From Moniliella sp. 'wahieum' (lineage: Eukaryota), in assembly GCA_003971905.1 (NCBI GenBank), contig RSEE01000060.1:248001-312000 (forward strand): a DNA stretch of 64,000 nt. Direction: 5' to 3'. The notes beneath the pieces are model-generated. The model had not been told where the DNA came from and searched no databases. It saw only the letters and a program-made list of their open reading frames with translations. The position numbers and the translations under genes are program-made. Shown piece after piece: positions 60,425 to 64,000 of this stretch. Position 1 is the stretch's first letter; each line of letters opens with the position of its first letter.

Positions 60425-61889
60425 AGATGGAGGGGTACCAATAAGTGTGATGGACAAAAAAAAGGGATCCATAGTGGCAAAAGAGACCCGAAGAAGAAGG
60501 GCCGCAAAGGGGTGGTGGAAACCAAAAACCCATTTATCGAGCGCACCATAACACTACACGCTTTTGAGGGTGTGTATGGACGCGGACGCAGTAAGGAGGA
60601 GGAGAGCCAATGTATCATGTCTTGTATATATATAGTGCGCGGAAAGTGCACCCCCCTCTCTCAAACTCCCGCCGCCAGGAGGCAATGAGCCATCAAAAGG
60701 CCGAAGAGACACCCAAAGGAGGGCCTGGGTGGGGCGCATCTGTGCCACTCACGCCTTTCCTCAAGAGTGGAAAGAGTAACGACCTGCGAGCCGTAAAGCT
60801 CTTGACTGATCCCACATCAAAAGGGGGGTAGAGAGTTTGGCATCGGGTGGTGTGTTGAGGCGGGGCGGCGGCGGGGCATGGGTCGGCGTCGGGGTCTGGG
60901 CCGTTGCCTGAGCGGGGGGAAGGGGACGGAGGCGCAGACCGGCTGACGACGGGGTGGTGACAGTCCGAGCCACAGCAGTGGCCACCGGCGCACGGAGCGT
61001 AGCACGGCCCGTGTACTGGCTCAACATGGGAAGGCTGGTGAACATCTTGTAACCGTAATGTGGCGGAGAGGAGAGATGGGAAGGACGATGCGGAGACGAG
61101 AGATCTGGGCGCTTTCTCTTAGTGGTTGTACGCCGGCAGCTTATATATGTGCGCTCTGTGGTTCTCTGGGTCTCTCTCTCTCCGAGGGCAGAGTGCTGTT
61201 GCTACACACATATGCAAGGGGGAAAACGGGTGGTGCAGGCCACACCATCCCCAACGCTTCGTGTATAGAATTGGAGCTTGAGGGATGGGAAGGGGCGCCC
61301 CAAACACTCATAGAAGGGGTGGGACTGCGGCGGGGGGCAAGTGGAGCTGCGCTGCATGGGGGGTGGGAAGCGCACACAGATCAGACGCGGGGCCGTGGAT
61401 TGCTATAGCCAAAGACGGGATTATAGCCGAGCTCACAAAATAAAACGGAAAAGGACTGCGATCTGGGATGCTAACACAAGCGATTTGCGTGTGGACCTCT
61501 TCAATTGCTTCTCGGCTGTCGGCCGCAGCGGTTGCGTCGCACAGTCCGAGCGGCGGCGATGCGCTGGTGTCTGTTAGTATTGTATTGAATGGCAGCGGTG
61601 GGGCAGCCAGGCCCCAAAGAGCTTTGAGTACAGTGCGCACAAAACAAATCGCTCACACCTCAGTCGGTCGGTCATCGGTCATCTGTGTTGCATATACAAA
61701 AGAGAGAGGGAACAAGGTACTGTCATTGGAACAATGGTCAATCTGTTCGCAGGCAGGTAAAACAACGAGGAGAGCGCGCGCGCCAAAGCAGCGCTGCAGG
61801 TGGTATCAATGACGGGCCGGGTTTTTGTGGGGGAGGGGTTTTTGGTAGATGCAAGAAGAGGAAGGGGAAGAGGGGGGGTTGAAGGGGGG

Positions 61890-63911
61890 GGGGGGGGGGA
61901 TGCGTCAGGTGGCCACATATGTGCCTGCCTCCGAAGAGCGTGTGGGTAAGGTCAGCGTACGGGTTCCCTCTACAAGTGAGAGGCCCACTTGGGACGAGGT
62001 AAAGGGCGTGGTCCAGGAAGCCGTGAGGGTTGCGGGGAAGACGTGCCAAAAGCGGCAGCGCAATTTGGTTTCCCCCTGTGGCAGCGTCCAGCGAGCCGTG
62101 CGGGTGGACGATCCCACTGACCCGGGGGAAGGGATTGCATGCTGTCCACGGTTCCCGGGGCGAGGAGGTCTGAAGGACCAAGTCCTGTAGCGGCTTGTGC
62201 ATGATATTCGACCAGCAGTCTAGGTGGCCCTTCCCCTCCCTCCAATGCGGCGCGAGAGTGAGCGGGACATGGTCCGCCGTCTTGCTCGCTGGATCCACTT
62301 GGACTTGGTACTTGGCCAACACGCATCTACCCGAACCAATAAGTCCAGCAAGGGTCAGAACATATTCTCCCTCCTTTGCGTTCGGCTGAAAGAAAGCTGG
62401 GTTCAATGAGAACCGATCTAGCCCAGCGGCATTTTCGAGGCGGACGGTAACCTGTCGGCTACCATCAACGCAGGGTCCAGCTGAGCTAGCATCTCCCCCA
62501 CAACCAACAGACGATTGACCTCCCCGCCCACAAAGTATGCGTTGACTTTCTCTTTGACTTGGAGGTTCAGCCCCCGATGTCAGGAGGGAAAGATTGAGAG
62601 GCGGGGCGTGGAACGGGTTGTCCCGCCCCAAGCGGGGGGACGAACGACGGTGTGGGTTGCTGCTGCTCGAGGGGGCCAAAGTACCACGAATCGACTGAAG
62701 TGCCGCCTTCTGATGCAGGTGAAATGGGGGTTGAAGGGATTGGCTCAGAAAGATGGTATGAATGGCTATTTCCCATACGGGCATGCCCAATTCCCCTTCA
62801 ATCCATCTCGCGAAACTGCGAGCCTAGTGTCTGGAGACTGGGGCGGGAGGAGAAACGAATCACCCGACCCCTCGTCACCTCGGGTGGAGGTGGGTCATGT
62901 ACCGATCACTTAACAGGCAGAACCTTCCCCCAAGACGGAGGGGAAGGTGGGCATGTCCCCCGATCCGACGAGAAAAGAACTTGCTACACGTTTACCCGCA
63001 AGCATGGTACGTCCACGACGAATCAAGCTGGTTGGCTCCTCGGTTTCGGGCGAGTGCTCCTGGAACCCGGGAGAGGTGGTGGTCCTTATGTTGCCACCCG
63101 AGCTTGGTCAACGCACCTCGTATTCCAGTCTTCTCCGGGAGACTAGGTACAGACGAGCTGCGCTGGTCGCGCGAAACGTGACCGCGTGCTAATTCAAGGC
63201 TTTTGTAAGTGGGCGCTGGGCCGCTTCCTGAAAGCCGGAGCGGGGGAGCAGGACGACGGTGCCTCCCGCTTGCCTGGACAAAGGCGAGCAGCTCCTTCTG
63301 TACATCAAACGCGAGCGAGGCCTGTAGAGCTAGGTCAGCTGCACCTGCCAGCTGGGTACTGGTGTCAGCTGCGCCCGTCTCAAAGCGAGTCAGACGACAT
63401 CCTTGATGAGGGTGAGGCGTTGCTGGTCGGCCTGTTGGGCAAGGCCAAAGGCCGGCATCGCCTCCTCCCGCCATCGATCTGGGTCGGTGTCGGCCAAAGG
63501 AAGTGCCTGCCGGAGCCTGGCTTGGATGGCAGGGACCTGGGCCCATGGGCCGTTGGAGGGAGCGTTGCGAAGAAGCTGAACACAGTGTTCGACCGTTTGC
63601 TCACGGGCACGGTGGACTTGGACCAAGGCATCCACCTCGCTCATCAGAGCGTCGAGGATGGGACGGACGTCGTCTGGGACGATATGGTCGTGGCTAAAGA
63701 AGGGGCGCTGGGCCAGCTTGGAGAGGGCGCGTGCATGATCCGCGTCGATTGCGCGACGGGCTGAAAAGTACTCAGCTAGCTCGTCCGTCAGTGTGGCAGC
63801 TTGGCGGAAACGCTGCTCCAGCCGCTGGATGGCGTCGGCAGGGTCGGAGGACAAGAGGGCCTGGGCATAGGCTTGGGGCGATAGGTCGGCGCTCTTCATG
63901 GGGAAGAACAC
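61890..63911 (-). CDS. SYP1: Syp1/FCHo muniscin: N-terminal F-BAR and C-terminal mu-homology domain (ends approximate, frameshifted)
   Basis: F-BAR: AIQRLEQRFRQAATLTDELAEYFSARRAIDADHARALSKLA...DQQRLTLIKDVV.TRFET. muHD-like: VRLENAAGLDRFSLNPAFF...GEYVL...AKYQV...VPLTLAPHW. Confidence 0.8.
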
Positions 63912-64000
63912 ACAGGTCGACGTGGTTGTTGAGGGGAGGCAGAAGAAGAAGGAGACGAGTGGAGGGACTACACAAAAGCACTAACGATCCCCACAGAAAA

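Overview
GC-rich, intron-poor fungal genomic DNA (GTACGT/GTGCGT donors, CTAAC/CTGAC branch points); gene style suggests a basidiomycete, probably Ustilaginomycotina (inference). Recognisable genes in order: COQ4 (5'-partial), a DinB-like protein, a GH47 alpha-1,2-mannosidase, RIC8, a pepsin-type aspartic protease, an Ark1/Prk1-family kinase, an NVJ2-like PH/SMP protein, an intron-containing tRNA-Lys(CTT), methylcrotonyl-CoA carboxylase beta, a Mup1-like permease, ARC40/ARPC1, a C2H2+Zn2Cys6 transcription factor, an Rtt107/Brc1-like BRCT protein, a carboxypeptidase Y-like protease and SYP1. Nearly every gene carries single-base frameshifts, most likely consensus errors, so CDS ends are approximate. 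About 1-19.7 kb is gene-poor and lower in GC. It holds a complete Ty1/copia element (11339-16392, minus strand) with identical 160-bp LTRs and a GGAGA target-site duplication. The best leads are an in-frame UAG between gag and pol (candidate readthrough signal), a non-canonical primer-binding site, and a three-copy family of unknown diverged ORF units at 4.2-6.4 kb. All calls were made by eye; no database searches were run.
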